A DNA stretch of 62,017 nt, the filler included, from Choristocarpus tenellus KU-1152 (lineage: Eukaryota > Protista > Phaeophyceae): assembly GCA_964200185.2 (NCBI GenBank). It is 10 parts of 10 records of this genome, joined end to end, with 100 filler letters (N's around TTAATTAATTAA, not from the genome) between each part and the next. Parts side by side here need not be neighbours in the genome. Positions count along the whole stretch, not along the records: positions 1 to 3,744 come from CAXNAD020018188.1; positions 3,845 to 9,712 come from CAXNAD020009551.1; positions 9,813 to 18,830 come from CAXNAD020004077.1; 7 more parts are not named here. The stretch is one strand, 5' to 3'. The notes beneath the pieces were generated by a model. That model saw only the letters and a list, made by a program, of their open reading frames with translations. It had not been told where the DNA came from and did not search any database. Below, one piece after another: positions 1-14,011 of this stretch; position 1 is the first letter of the stretch, and the number at the start of each line of letters is the position of its first letter. Both the position numbers and the translations under genes were made by a program.

Positions 1-106
1 GGAAGTCTTTTTTTTAAGGATTGGTTTTATGGTTTTGGATCCCCCTCCCCCCCCCCCCCCCCCCCATATGTGCATTGCTGTGGTGATATGATACATGTAT
101 TAACAG

Positions 107-1873
107 GACATGAAAAAAGGAAAGCTCCGTTTCTATCACGGCCCTATCTTCTGGAACTATGGGTACCTTCCTCAGACTTGGGAGGACCCTAACATCAAGC
201 ACCCTGAGGTAAGGGGGAGGGGGAGGGGGAGGGAGATCCCTGCACAGTTAATTGCGTACCTCAAATTAGGTATTTATATGTACCTTTTTTGTGTTGGGGT
301 GGGGGAGTAGTGTAGTAGTAGTGGTGGAAATAACATGTATGTTCCCATTTACGTAAAGTACTTTTTTGTCATGTTCTTTTTATACAATAAAAAAAAATCT
401 TCAGTTTCTTTTTTGTGTTGTGGCGGAAATGAAAGGGGTCTGTTTTTGTGAGAGAATGAGAACACTATATATATATATATATATTTTTTTTTTAATAGTT
501 TTTTTTACTTGTTTGTAGTTTGAGTCAGTGCTAATTCGAAACAAAAATAAATTTGTGTGTATATGTGTATGTGTGTATGTATATTCACTCGAACTACTTT
601 GAAGTTTGTAGGGATGATGAGGCACTGCTAACATTGTAAGAACAACACGTATATTATTTTTTAACTTGGGATAATGTTTTTCTGTTTCTACGGCGGATCT
701 ATTCATTCATTTTTATTTTACGTTTTTTAACTGGCTCTATTGGTTATCCTCTTCTGTGCGGAGTGAAAGGTAGAGAGGAAAAATCTGGTAATGTCCTGCC
801 CTTTTTTATTTTATAGCATGTGAGCATTATGTGTATGGAATGAACATCACACATTGATTATATTGGCTGACAAACTGGTACTAATAATATTAAGAATATA
901 TATATAGGGTTAGGTGAATTTTTAATATGCATTCTCTTTCTTATTCCCTTTTGTGATTGTTTTTCTGGCACAATTTTTATTTGTTTTTCCTTCACTTAGC
1001 AGTGGTCCCATTTAATTCCTTCTTGTGTTGAGGGCGTCTCTGGTTCTCACTCAACCTGCTTGCTGAAGAGTGTACCTGTTGAATCTTGAGTAGAGCAATT
1101 GACTGCCTGGAAGGTGGAGAAGGGATGAGAGGTTGTTGAGGAATTGGATTTGAAAGGCTGGGTTAATATTAGTAATTTTATTGTTATTGTTATGTTTTAC
1201 TGGACTAGGTCACTGGTTGCTATTGACAATGGGCAGTACTGGTATGCTCATGTATGTGTAGTCCTCTTTGACTGTGTTGTATGAATATATATTTTTATTT
1301 TTTATTTGTGCTCTCTTCTTTTTTATTGTACACAGTGTTCATGCCTTCCTGTCTACAGTAGAAACCCTAAAGGGTGTTGGTGTTACTGGAGAAGAGAGGG
1401 TGACGACAATAATCCCCCTTAGTGAGGAGAGACCCCTCTCGATTGTACTGTATTTGTACCAGAAGGCGTGCTTTGTAAGATATTTTTTGGTGTATCCTTT
1501 CTATTTCAAAGGTGTGTATGTACCTCTCAGGTAGTAGTGTCAATCGAGGTCTCTTTGTACATACATATATATATATATATATATTTACAAATCAATGAGT
1601 GTGCTCTGTTCAACACACAAAAAGTCAGGAGATAAAGCCCACCACCTTTATTTATGGAGCTTTTTTGATCTCAAGAGACTCTTCACTTTATTCTCAACTC
1701 ATAAAAAAAAACAATCTGATCCTCTGTCAATGCTTTCTCTCCCCCTCCTCACCCACCTACTTACTAACCCTAACCCTTGACACTTTTTTTTATTGGTGTT
1801 TTCAGTTGGGTGTGCTGGGTGACGGGGACCCTGTTGACGTGGTAGAGGTCGGATCTGCCAAGCTGGCTTCAGG
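107..1873 (+). CDS. PPA: Soluble inorganic pyrophosphatase (family I, eukaryotic type), two internal exons; partial gene
   Basis: Exon 107-208 (AG/GT-bounded, [34 protein letters not shown]) splices in phase 0 to exon 1806-1873 ([23 protein letters not shown]). Contains [12 protein letters not shown] and the catalytic DxDPxDV motif. Confidence 0.93.
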
Positions 1874-3017
1874 GTGAGCTGAACCTGCCTCTCTCAGGCT
1901 CCCACTGTTTTTTTGTATTTTGTGGGGAAGCTTTGTCGACTCGAATATTGTGGTCTCTCTCTCTCACACACACAAATACACACACCAGAGTTATTTTTGT
2001 TGAACTGAGTCTTTTTCTTATTTTAATAACCGGCTCTTTTTGACTCCACCGCCTGCTACCACCGTAACATTATTGCTGTTACTATTGAACCATCATTTTT
2101 TTTTTTTTTTGGGGGGGGNNNNNNNNNNTCTATCACCCCCCCCTTTTTCACTCCCCCCCCTTTTTCTTTTTTTTTTTTTTTGTTTTTTCTTTTTCACCTT
2201 CTTTTTTTTTTTTTTTTGGGGGGGGGGGGAGGAGGAGAGGAGGGGTAAGGGATAGGTTATCGATTCTTTGTTTTGGACCCTTTTCCCAATGTTTAGTTGG
2301 TTGTTGAAAATGTATTTTATTTATCTTTCTGTACTGCCGGGGGTGATCATATGTTGATTTTATGTTGAAGAGGGTATCGTACCAAGTAGGTTATTGATTG
2401 CTTTATTTATTTATTTATTTATTGAGGTTTTGAATCGTGATGCCCCTCCTCCTCTCTTTCCCATGTCATGTCGATGTTGGCCTTGTGTCCGGAAGTATGT
2501 TTGTTGTGTCGACGGTGTGTAGGTAGGTGTTCCTCCCGTTATTTTGGTAGCAGTGATGGATGGAGTTACCAATTGATCTATCTATCGCACTCTTGTTGTA
2601 GCACGTCTGTAAGAGCTGTACGGCTCCGTAATTTGAGTTGTGCTGTCTGCATTTCTTGCCTGCGATGTTACTTCCCATTTTGTTTTTGATGTGCATTTTT
2701 TTTTTAGCAGCTCTTTACATGTTGTATTTGAACACACTACTGCTGTTTTATCTTTTTGTTCTTAGGGTTGGGGGTTCAGGGGATATCCTAGTGCTTTTGT
2801 AGAGTATTTCTCCCTTCTGTCCCAGTTGGCTGCTACTTAGGGTTAGGGTTGTTGTTGGGTTGGAATAAATGAAGGAGTGTGTTTTTTACACTGGTTGTGG
2901 TAAAGGCGTACCTTTTCTGTGTTTGTTTTCTGTTGGAGTTGTACACATCACTATTTTATTTTTATGTGTTTTGTTTCTTTGAGCAAGATTTGTTTGGAGG
3001 GAGGGGGGGGGGGGGGG

Positions 3018-3118
3018 GGTAAAGGTGATAGAAGAGTTATTCAACCACAATTGCAGNNNNNTGCGATTTGTTTTTGTTTTTTTTTTTTTTTTTTTTGTTT
3101 TTTTTTTTTTTGTTGTGT

Positions 3119-3156
<38 letters not shown>

Positions 3157-3198
3157 GAGGGTAAAGGTGATAGAAGAGTTATTCAACCACAATTGCAG
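3018..3198. other. Probable assembly artefact: ~39-bp duplication around a 5-N gap with poly-G/poly-T
   Basis: GGTAAAGGTGATAGAAGAGTTATTCAACCACAATTGCAG occurs at ~3018-3056 and ~3160-3198, each after a long G run, with NNNNN between. Confidence 0.7.
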
Positions 3199-3744
3199 AC
3201 TCTGTATGGGTGTATCACCTGTATTCATTTTGCTGTGCAAGTGTATTCTGCAGAGGTTGAGACGATACTTTTTTTTTAAACGTGCATGTGTAGTACAACA
3301 TTTGTTCTGATAACTATTTCGGGCGATTGTTTTTTGTGTGTTTGTTGTACCCTATCTGTGTATGTACCCTAGGTTGTCGCTCTAGAAGGATCGAAACAAG
3401 AGACTGCACAAAGAGCCAGTCAGTCCCTTGCTGTGTGTTTGTGTGTGTGTGTGTGTGATATATAGTAGTATTGTGATGTGGAACATAACAGCCCAAATCT
3501 CTGCGGATAGGGGTGTTGGTGATTGTGGTTGTGGTGTTTCCACCTGGTAGAAGTGGAGGGTGGTGTGGATGTGTGTCATGATAGGATCAGGTGTTTACAT
3601 CGCTGTACTATTGCCAGAGTCCGCCAGGCTCATGTGGTTTGATGGATTAGAGTGTAGACCTTTTAACTTTGATGAGATGGTGTGACATTCACTACCCCCT
3701 TTCTCTCATCCTTTGTGCTCTGTGGTTTGCTCTTGTCATCACCT

Positions 3745-3844
3745 NNNNNNNNNNNNNNNNNNNNNNNNNNNNNNNNNNNNNNNNNNNNTTAATTAATTAA
3801 NNNNNNNNNNNNNNNNNNNNNNNNNNNNNNNNNNNNNNNNNNNN
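3745..3844. other. Artificial contig spacer
   Basis: 44 N + TTAATTAATTAA (stops in all six frames) + 44 N. Confidence 0.98.
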
Positions 3845-5342
3845 CCTTTCAGGGCCAACCCCAGGGACAAGCATTCCTCGGCTCCCAACATGGGGGAGAG
3901 TCCCTTCTAGGCCAGGTGCAGGACCAGACCCATATGTGTTAAGGGCTGCATATATAGTGGCCTGAACTTTCCCGCGAGCAAGCTCAACAGCTCGAGGGTC
4001 ACCGCGTACAATTATTCGTCCTATCTTTTTGTTCACAACAACTTGGGCATGCGTCTCCTTCACAATCCGCGCAATTGTAGCCCGATCACCTAGCAAATCC
4101 AGCAGGTGGGGTGGACACTCGAGTGTGGTTGTGACCGCTGCCTCAACAGCTCCAGCCTTTATGGGTGCTGCCGCGACATATGCCTCCACTGACTTGGCAG
4201 CGTGCTCCACAGAGGCAAGGTCTGGCCCAGTTATGGTCAGTTTGAGAGCACGCTGGTCAACCCACATATTGCATCCTGTCTTATGCTTCATATCTTTTAT
4301 CGTGCTACCTGAGACACAGAAATAAGGGGACACAAATTGGAGGACAAAAGGGTGACGAATATGTTAAGAAATGCTGCCCACCGACATAGGGAGGATAGAA
4401 TCGATGATCGATTTCAACATTATCAACGAACTTCTTGATTTCATGCGAGAGGCTGCGTAAATCTTCTACCTAACGAGAAAGGCGAGGTGCAGCAACAATC
4501 TGTAGAAGAGAGATACTCCTGAGAGTTATGACTTAATAATCGCATTGCGTGGGGGAGATAGTACTACGGAGCTCTCCGCACTATGAGTTTCACTATGACT
4601 GTGAACTCATGGGGTAAGTGGTGACACCAATCTTGAACATACCACATACCAAGGGAAAGATTAACGTTTCATCCCACACAAAAGCAGAGAAAGATGGAAA
4701 TTAATCGAAGACATTATCCAGGAACGCAAGCCCAGAACCTCACCGTTCTTCCCGATGACCCAGCCAACCACCTCGGCGTCGATGTCCATGTCGCATCGAA
4801 CGAAGCCCTGGCACCGCTTTATGGTGTAACGTCTTCCAATGTGCGGAGACGGTTCCCCCATCATTTCCCGCCCCATCGGTCCTTCCTGGGATATACGAAG
4901 CGGCCTTCCTGCCGGACCTGTGGTAGAGCTGTATGGATGCTGTGTGGCGAATGCCCGCTCCTCCATATCGCGTGAAAAAACTCCAGCATTAACCTGCATC
5001 TGGGCTCCACTAGGCCAATGATGGCCATACCCCGTCATAGAGCGCTGACGATTGTCCATGAAGCCCCACATTGGTCCCTGGTGGTGTGAGTGCTCCATAC
5101 GGGCGACGGGCGCCATCGCAGGCGGAGATATGTTCCCCTTCAGCTCCTCTTCGAATCCGTCTTCGTTCACGGCACGAGGGCCTCGAAGATAGTCTGAAGG
5201 ATACACGTTGGAGGATCTAACGTCTGCGTGATGAGGGAATGCCAGCTCACCCCTCTCAGTAAGAGGGCGAGCTTCAACCCGTGGTGGAAACCACCTCGCC
5301 ACAGGCCCCTCCAGCGTGACTTTGGGTTGCGGACTTCTACTA
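3845..5342 (-). CDS. KH-domain RNA-binding protein, partial
   Basis: Exon ~5342-4744 ends VVGWVIGKN-G|GTGAGG. A phase-1 splice to the exon starting at 4308 rebuilds IGKNGSTIKDMKHKTGCNMWVD (KH GxxG loop). A second degenerate KH-like segment follows; the gene is cut by the spacer. Confidence 0.85.
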
Positions 5343-6383
5343 CTTTAAAAGACAGGATCAAGAAATGTCCTGATAAACCCCACTTTTGATACCAAGGGTT
5401 TCTACCTTCAAGTCCTTTCCAAATTTGAGGCGATAGCACACCGCCCCTGATGTACGCCTCGATTACCAGATGATGATCTTGCAAAGGGTTTGATAATTGA
5501 GAGTGAGCAGGGATGAGGGACAAAGGGAAAATGACAAATAATACAAATAATAAAGTGATACAAAATCTCCGACTTTATATTTTTCTGTATTCGGCCAATA
5601 GGCTCCGCACACGCCACAACTAGAAGATGACCCAAAAGAACCTTCCAAACAATGGCGGTATATATATTGAGACCTGTGAGTGATTCGGTTCCACAATTTT
5701 GAACTCAAATCTCAACTGCCGTTCAAGCCAACCCTGGATACAACACTCTAATATCTATATATATTGTATCAATTGTCATGTCTTTATGATATTTCTCACT
5801 TTGTTTGAATATTACTACAGATGAGAAGTACTTACAGGGTTGGATTTAAAAGGGTGTTGAAATCGGTTACTTAAACGGCAGAATATTCAAATATTGCTAT
5901 TCCTAGGAACCCTACCCCTGGAAGTTTCGAAGTTAAGACAACCCCATGTAGACTTTCTCGAATTCTTTGAGTTCAGGAACATCTACTTGACACAAATCTG
6001 GGAGGCAAGATTCATATTCACCAACGACCCAACATGCCCCATGGAGGAACCCTCCTTGGACCAACGAAACGAGCGAAATGATGGAATACCAGATCCGCTG
6101 GAGAGGAAACAAGAACCACAACTTCTACTTTTTTCCTAATCGACTAATAAAACGAAGGAACTCTCCTGCTTAAGGAAATTTCCTGATTTGAAAATGTAGG
6201 AATGAATTACTGAAAATTTGTATATAAATCGTATATGAAGATTGATGAATCGATATATAGTTAACAAAGAAATCACTACGGTATGAATTAACCATTTCAA
6301 CCGTTTGCGAAAAGTAAGATAATTGATATACCACAAAGGATATTTTATTTCTTTGGGGCTAATAACGACATGCATATATATAT

Positions 6384-6447
6384 AGTTTTTCATTGCTTTC
6401 CCTTCCCACCTGACACATCTGCAAAATGTCAGAGGGCATAATAATAA
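6384..6447 (+). repeat. Dispersed hairpin-ended repeat (family H), copy
   Basis: CCTGACACATCTGCAAAATGTCAGAGGGCATAATAATAA, near-identical to 8989-9030 and to the reverse complement of 46741-46775. Confidence 0.8.
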
Positions 6448-8480
6448 ATATAGCACAAACTATATACACCATAAAGTCTGTTTTCTTAGTGGGGTGGAAG
6501 AGGGAAATTTCTGGATTAGTGGTCCACATATATTGGCTGCACATCTCTCCTTTAAATACATCCTATCATACAACTGGATTTTTATTTACGGCAGAAATAC
6601 TTAATGTGTGTCCACATGATCGCGTCGTTGTACCTCAGAGGTTGAACTTCATTATTACCACTACTGACTACTGTTGTGAAGGACCACATCTTGCTATAAC
6701 CTCTAATATATAATAGTGCCGTTTGCGTTATTTCGCGCAATTCTGCACCGTGATTATACCCTTTCACCCAAAATAAGGTTTTCGCCACCAACATCGTCGC
6801 TCAAAGGTAGATATTGATTTTGTAGGTTTGAAACCGTTCGATGTCAGATTTCTTTCCTGATAAATCTAGTTTGGGTAATAATTAAAGTCTCATGTTACTA
6901 CCATTACAAAATGAGCGTCCTCATTACTCTGTAGATAGTGGATAGATTGTAGCGATATCTCTCCTGCCGTGATTTCACTCGTTCGAACCCCCTTTCTACC
7001 CGACTGTTCTTTTCAAGGAAATCCGGTTTGATGATTGAAAGTCGACATTCCAAGCAGAACCTTTGCCTGTTTTGCTGCTGTTGCCGGATCGCTACAACTA
7101 CTACTGGCTGATCTGTGGCGCATGGTCTCCTTTCTCCTCTTCTTCCCTTATTAGCGCAACACCCACAGGTCTCCTAGGGAGCCACACACACACACACACT
7201 ATCCCTTTCAACCTAGAGAGGAGCTTCCCTGCCTCTTCCCCCCTAGGAGTGTCACGCCACGCAGAGTATTGTGGTCTCTAAGTAGCAATAGCCCATAGTA
7301 CTTGCAAGCGGGACACAGGAATACTTCACAGGATTATCATCAAAAGCGGTACAACAATGTGTTTCTCTGAGCGAATGCAATCATCTTGGGATGTGTTATT
7401 CTGGTGACAGTGCATTAATGAGGTATTGTGACTCGAAGTGAAGGGATCAAGCACTCGTGACCAGGGTACAAGATATACCTAGGTATGTTTGTCTCATGTC
7501 CGTCTAAGGAACAGACATGGAAACAGCAGCAACACAAAAAGCGGTCACATAACGCTCCTACTCCAGTCCCCCTGGTTGTATTGATTGGAGTGGGGATATC
7601 ACAACTCCTACCACGATTGTATTTCAGCTAGTAGATGGTGCGATGAAGGAATGCTCTTGCCCCATGTGCCCAGATATACTTTGAAGGGCATCTTTACGTT
7701 GTTCGCTTCAAGTAGAGGAAGTTGGTCGGAAAAGTAATTCTTGTTAGGGCGATTAGTAGAACCCCACATTTCTGTCACCTCAAGAGGGGCCTCATTGTAT
7801 TGTAAACAGTGAGCGTAAACAGAGAGGGGGAAACCGAGTCAGGCTGCTGAGAGATATCGGTCACCAAGAGTACAGAATGCAAACCGGGACAATAGATCTC
7901 GAGGAATACTTGCCTGCCCCGCTTGTGGAACTTGGTGCAAGCAAAAGCAAGTACCCAAAACGATGCCTCCAGATGACACTCTACAAAACTGAGAGGTAAC
8001 ACACCTTGCTATCACGACATTTGCAAGGACACGACAACAACACTACCTCCCAATCAGGAAAAAAAAATGTTAAAAGAAGAATGCGATGACTGGAGGCTCC
8101 CAAACCCATGGTCAAAAGGTAGTTGAAAGGAGGTCATATACAATCTTTGGAGAACTACATAAATACTACTGCACAATAGAAAATACGCGAAGTAGCAAAT
8201 GGAGAGAAATCTAAAAGGAAGAGATCTACCTCAGTGAGACTACATGGATAATGGAGAAAAGTCAAGGTGCAATGCGGTAACATCCATTACTCAGGGTAGG
8301 ATATATTTGGTGGCGTCACAGTGTGCCGGGTCATATGGGAAAGGAGGGGGGAGGGAAGACAGTTCAGTGTCGCACCGACTCTATCCAATCCAAACACTAT
8401 ACACCCACATGTTGCACAAAGGAAAGAGGGGTGCAAGAATATTCAAGCCGATAGGAAAGGGACGATTGTGAAAGCAGCAT

Positions 8481-8960
8481 TCAGTAGGCAGTGGTGAGTG
8501 TGCTTGTGCTCTGGTCTACTTGGGCAGCCTTAGCTGCTACTTTAGCATCACATATGTCACCTATCACACCTTCTCTGTAATGCCAATCGTCTATGAAGTA
8601 CTTTGTTCCGTCAACCACACACTTGCACCACCTGTGGTGGTTTGTTGGCTTTGTACTACATTCCTCGACCTTGATGTACACTTTTCAAGACCATCTTATG
8701 GGCACATCCACTAGTTCTTCTCCTCTCCTTATCTTGCAGGGCGTTGTCTCTTTGTTTTCCATCCACGAGATCCCCAAAACATCAACGCCTTTTGGCAGTC
8801 GCTCATCCTCCATGCGTGCAACTGACCCTGCGAATTCAAGTGCCCTTTCTCGCACAGTCACCTCGGTACTCTCACACCCACAGTTCACAAGGTCATATTT
8901 ATAACACGATGTCAGATCAGTCCTTGTTCATTTGTGGATTCTGGTGGAGAATAGGAGGTC
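8481..8960 (-). mobile_element. Degenerate RTE-like non-LTR retrotransposon, 3' part of ORF
   Basis: RTDLTSCYKYDLVNCGCESTEVTVRERALEFAGSVARMEDERLPK...RWCKCVVDGTKYFIDDW fits the RTE C-terminal pattern (SIExxxRxRxLxFAGxVARMxDxRLPK); contains stops. Confidence 0.75.
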
Positions 8961-8967
8961 GATATGG

Positions 8968-9030
8968 TATAGTTTTTATTGGTTTCTCCCCTGACACATC
9001 TCCAAAATGTCAGAGGGCATAATAATAATA
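8968..9030 (+). repeat. Dispersed hairpin-ended repeat (family H), copy
   Basis: GTTTTTATTGGTTTCTCCCCTGACACATCTCCAAAATGTCAGAGGGCATAATAATAA. Confidence 0.8.
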
Positions 9031-9691
9031 ATCTGGCTCAGTGGCTAAGGAGTCTGTTCAGTGCATGGAATTTGAGGGTTTGTACCCCTTTGATGCCAGA
9101 CTTCTTCTCAGGAAATCCGATTTCGATTACTTCGATTATCAGAAGTCCATGCAACGTGGCAAGCACTGCAAATTGTGCACCTGTACCATTGTATCTGTCG
9201 ATACTCCAAAAAAATGTTGGACAAGAAGAACGAGGTGGAAAGGCTTCATTGCTAATCTACGCCAAGCCCGGTCTGGTCGAAGATACGAGGGAAGAGGTAA
9301 AGCAAGGCACGAACAGAGACAGTACTACGAATAGCTGTAGTGTAACAGTTAACTGGAGTAGTTAGTGTTAGTAGTAGAGAAATTTGTGCTGGTGAGAAAC
9401 AAAGTTTCTTACTGCGGACCCACCTAACTACGCCAACCTATCTACCAAGTCAGTTACAGTGATTTTGTTTGTCAGTCCCTGGCTAACATATTATGACATC
9501 GCTAGACGCGAAGTTGTGGGTGGCTGGAGTTCTACTGTATCTCTGTAGTTTTTCAAGAGGTTAGAGACAAACGAAAAATGTCTTCAATTATTTATGTTAT
9601 TCTGTTATGGGTAGGTGCAGATATCAAGATATCGCTCACTTACTGTTATGCCATTGAGGGTACCACAATGTTGCTACCTACCCACCTACCT

Positions 9692-9712
9692 GGGTCAAAG
9701 TATCTGGGGGGG
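9692..9712 (+). mobile_element. Terminus of high-copy TIR element (family G), truncated by contig end
   Basis: GGGTCAAAGTATCTGGGGGGG; the same terminus occurs at five other contig or window ends. Confidence 0.75.
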
Positions 9713-9812
9713 NNNNNNNNNNNNNNNNNNNNNNNNNNNNNNNNNNNNNNNNNNNNTTAATTAATTAANNNNNNNNNNNNNNNNNNNNNNNNNNNNNNNN
9801 NNNNNNNNNNNN
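9713..9812. other. Artificial contig spacer
   Basis: 44 N + TTAATTAATTAA + 44 N. Confidence 0.98.
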
Positions 9813-10010
9813 ATGATATACTAGTTTTTTTGTTTTTGAAACCAAAGGCAGATATATGTTTGCGGGGGGGGGGTATTAAAAAATGTGGGATTGCCAGTGC
9901 ACTTTCTCATAAAAGAAAAAAATGGACTCCTGTGAACTGTGAACTGAATCCTTCAACATCTGACTGAACTTGCTCTCTCCCTCTTCTTCCCTCTCCTTGA
10001 TCTGTCTCAG

Positions 10011-13000
10011 GAGAAGGGCTCACACTATGTGACCACAAAGGAAGAGATTGAGTCAACACAAGACAAGAACACCAACTCAGAGAACATTTTACCTGACATG
10101 TCTCCAGCACCTCCAGCACCAACGCCTTGGTCAGCCCCCCCCCAAACAGAGGGAGCAACCCGTGTTCGCCTTTCACTGTACTTTGCACTCTGTGTCAAGT
10201 CCCACCCCTTATTGACAGGACTGCTAGAGGCGTACTCAACAACTCTCCCTGTGGCACAGAAGGGCATCATGGCAGAGCTACCTATGCTGGCTAAAGCAGC
10301 AGCAACGCGATTTGGGGCCCCGGGAGTGGTAGGACTGATCTCAACAGCAGTGGAGGGTGCGGAGCCCCTTGTGCTGGCCATGCTCGACCTACTAGTCCCC
10401 AAGGATGTGAATGTGCCCTCACTGGAGCTTGTGACAGCAGTTCGCCGTCTACGAGATGTGCGAACAGGGAAGGGTGGTGGGGTTGGAGGGGGTGGGAGTG
10501 GGAGTGGAAAGAAGGCAGTAAAGGTAGGTGGGACAAAAGGGGTTGGCAGCATGGGGTTGGAGGGGGTATGACTTGTGTTTTTTAAAGGAGAGATGAAAGT
10601 TGTTTTTTTCAAATACAGTGATATGTGCATTACTTTGAAGTAGGTGCTTGTGGACGATCTCACCTGTGTGTGTGTGTGTGCGCGCGCGTACTTGTATGTT
10701 TGTGTTGGTGTTCTGTTGTTACTTGTACAAATCCCTTCCCAGTGTGCATTATTTGACCTTCCCAGTGCTTTTGAGCACAGAAAGTGATATTGTCAAGGCA
10801 TAAATGGCGAGGTTAAGTTAGTAGCTCTTTGCGCCAACCCCACACTTCCCAAGCACATTGGTACTGAAAAACATCAAAAACATACAAAACATCACGATGT
10901 TGCTGTTAACTCCATTGCAGAGCAGTCTCAGATTTCTGGGGACTGAAAAGCATTTCAACCCGGAGCAAGTTGTTTGCATTTTGCCTGCTCCTGTTTTTAT
11001 TCCCACCAACCATTACAACTCTAAACTGCACTCAGCCAATGAATCTGTAGCATTCATTCTATTCTCCAGGAGAGGAACCACTTGGTTGTTCACACTCTGT
11101 GCTGAACGTTGCCCTCTGATGTGACAGGGTTCGGGGATCGCGTACTTGGTTCCTGTGCTAGCAGGCTTTGGAAAAGAAGCCATCCCTGGTCTGATGCCAG
11201 AGATCCTACAGGTGGGATTCATGATGGTGTGGTTTTGTGCTAAAAAGTGCTTGAATTGTGTTAGACTTGTGCGGCACTCTGAGTGCTCACATCTGTTTGT
11301 TTTGTGGGCAATGGTGTGCTTTCTAACAGTCCCCAGATGATGGGATTCAATCTGGTGATGGCTGGTCCTGTCTTCCATTGTGCTTGCTGTTCAAGAAGGC
11401 ATGCTTGTCTATCTGTGAGTGAAACACTGAATGAAATACGTCAGTTTTCAGACAAGGTGAAGAGGACTTGTTGCCAATTATGGGGCAGTGTACACCTACT
11501 GTTGAGCCCTCAAGAGGTAGAGGCTCAAGTGGTGTTCATCACTATTGCAAGGTTCAGTTTCCCAAATTCTACCTGGCGCAGGTTCTTCTTCCATCAAAAT
11601 CCATTATCGTTGTCAACGTACTATTAATGGCACATACTAATATCGATGAAGTTGTACTCAAACCTGTTCTCCAATTGGTACCATACACCAACTTGAACCT
11701 TGACTTCCTGTACCCTGGTAATTCCTACTCCCCAACACTCCAAGCAGGCAGATGAACAGACTGTGCGAGCAGCATTCTCACGTCTGACGCACCCACTTAA
11801 GGGAGCAATATACACCCCGGTGGAGCTATTTGTCCTCCTGAACCGTTTTGACTTCATTGGGACTAAGGTGCCTGTTGTTCGCCTAAACAGTGCACTGTCC
11901 TTGTGCATGGAGAACAAGGTATGGGTTATGCAATAGCGATAGGTGGTCTAAGTAGAAAGTCTCTGCATACACTCTGAGCTGCAATTGGATAACAATGACA
12001 AACTTCAGTTTTCAGCACTGCTGAATTGGAGCACATTATGAGCGCCCCTTTTCTGGACATGAAGAAGTTGTGAGGACAATTTCCTTGTACCTCTACTCAT
12101 AGTGAACAGCCATTAGCTAGAATATAGGATCACAAGGTTCTTGCCAACCCCAAGCAGATATAACAAATCATCACGGAAGGTGTTTATTTCAGAATGGAAG
12201 AGAATCTCTATCACAAGATTCTTCTAGACAGTCAAATTTATTGTAGTTGAGAGTAGCTATACTTTCCCCCTGTCAAATGGAGTGAGCCTCTCTAAAAGCC
12301 ATGCATTATAAGATATGCTCAAAAAAAAATAGTGAACCAACCCACCCCCCTCCCATGGCTGTTTTGACTACTCAGTCTGTCTACAACTATTCTGTGTTGC
12401 GTGAGGCTCTCAATGTCATGACCCAGCCTCCTACGGAGAATGCCAATACCACTGAACTCCCACGACTTCTCATGCGAACAGTGATGGTATCCATAAAGGC
12501 TTTCCCAGAGCTAAGGAATTTTGTAGCCACAGCAGTGCTACCCCGTCTGGTGAAGTTGAAGGTGTGTGATAAATCTTGAGTGGAATAGAACTTTTGGAGG
12601 GAGATCAAGGATGCTAAATCGAAATCTCTATTATAGGAGTTATTGGTCTTTGTAGGACAACCCTACTGGTGCATGCTATGCTATGGAATCTCTGTGATAC
12701 TCATGTCAATGTTCTTCCCTCTGGTCAATCGACTATCACTGAATACACCACATGCCCAAGCAACCCTCCTACTGCTCCAGTTGTGTGGCATTAAATGCAC
12801 TATTTGGATACGAAAATTCCATGTGAAACTCTGGAATCAATCATAGAGCGAATTGGATTGCCACATTGTACTGCAGAAGGGGCAAGAGTGTCTGTCAAGT
12901 TTTGGTGTGTGGTGAAGTAGGAAAGTCCTTAGAAGTTTCATACGTCGGGGGAATGATATTTTAATCATCAGAGTGCCTGGATTGAGGTTAAGAAGGTTAT

Positions 13001-14011
13001 GAGAAAACCCTACATGCCCCAAAGGAGTAGGTGCGCTTAAAGCCCTTTGAAGTAGATGGTACATTTTCAACAAGCACACACAACCCTGCAAACATCCATG
13101 ACAATAAAGACTTACTGTAGTTAGTATGTCACATTTGAGTCCATACAATGGTTGCTTTGCATTGTGGAGTTGTGCTTATTCATATTGGTCTTACTACTAT
13201 TTTGCACTAACTGAAAATATATTTTCATGTTTTGAGGTAAACGCAAAGTCAAGGCAAAGTTCCCATAATCAGGAATAATGACATGCCATCTCCATCTTCA
13301 CTCCCTACTCTGCAACCAGGTGTGGACAGACCCTAAAATATGGCTAGGGTTCTTGTTATGTGCAAATATGATGGCCACAGAGTCAGGGGCAACATCTTTT
13401 ATTGCCTTGGTCCAACTACCTTCCAAACAACTGCAAGAAGCATTAGCAAATCCTAAGATGAAGGTGAACTAGTACAAAAAATTGGTCTGGCTGCTCAAGA
13501 CTGACTGTAACGTACACTCCACTACGTTGTAGAGTACACCTGTACTTTGATAACACTACCCTCAGGTTCATCACAGCACCAGTTACATTTGCCATATTGC
13601 ATTTTGGGGTCTGTCGTTCAGAAAATGGTAAAAAAGTACCCTCCCATATTGCATATTCCACAACGCAGGTTTCCCAGGGATTAGTGAGATTCAGGTCTGC
13701 AGTCACTGAGAGTGCCCCACCTCAACATCATAATGTTGTAGTATGATAGATAACCTGTGCCAGACAGAGGCTTATATACAAGTGGGGGGAATGAAATATA
13801 TTTGATGGGATCAACATTTGTTTTGGGGGATTTTCTTGGACTCTTGCCTTGCAGATATTATGGCCTAACCCTCTCTGCAGCCCCAGCCTCTAACTCATCC
13901 ACTGGTTTCAAACTTCCGCAGGGGGTGAAAGAGCCATTACGGCGTTATGCTGAGAGTCTGGTCAAGGTAGATTCTGGAGTGAGAGCTGTGTTGGGGATGG
14001 AAGCTGTATGA
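10011..14011 (+). CDS. SYMPK: Symplekin (3'-end processing scaffold), C-terminal exons
   Basis: Phase-0 GT-AG exons 10011-10523 (or 10565), 11128-11211, 11748-11918, 12376-12561, 13320-13463 and 13922-14011 (TGA). Motifs LSLYFALC, TPVELFVLL, LPRLLMRTVMVSIKAFPELRNFV, RLVKLKVWTDPKIWLGFLLC and LVQLPSKQL match the Symplekin_C domain. Confidence 0.9.

Noticed and set aside
2040-3310. Poly-Phe, poly-Gly and poly-Pro ORFs
   Set aside because: They are translations of homopolymer runs around small N gaps in a poorly assembled intron.
5894-6139. Possible upstream exon of the KH gene
   Set aside because: Splice-like ends exist on the minus strand, but all three frames hit stops between them and there is no recognisable motif; may be UTR.
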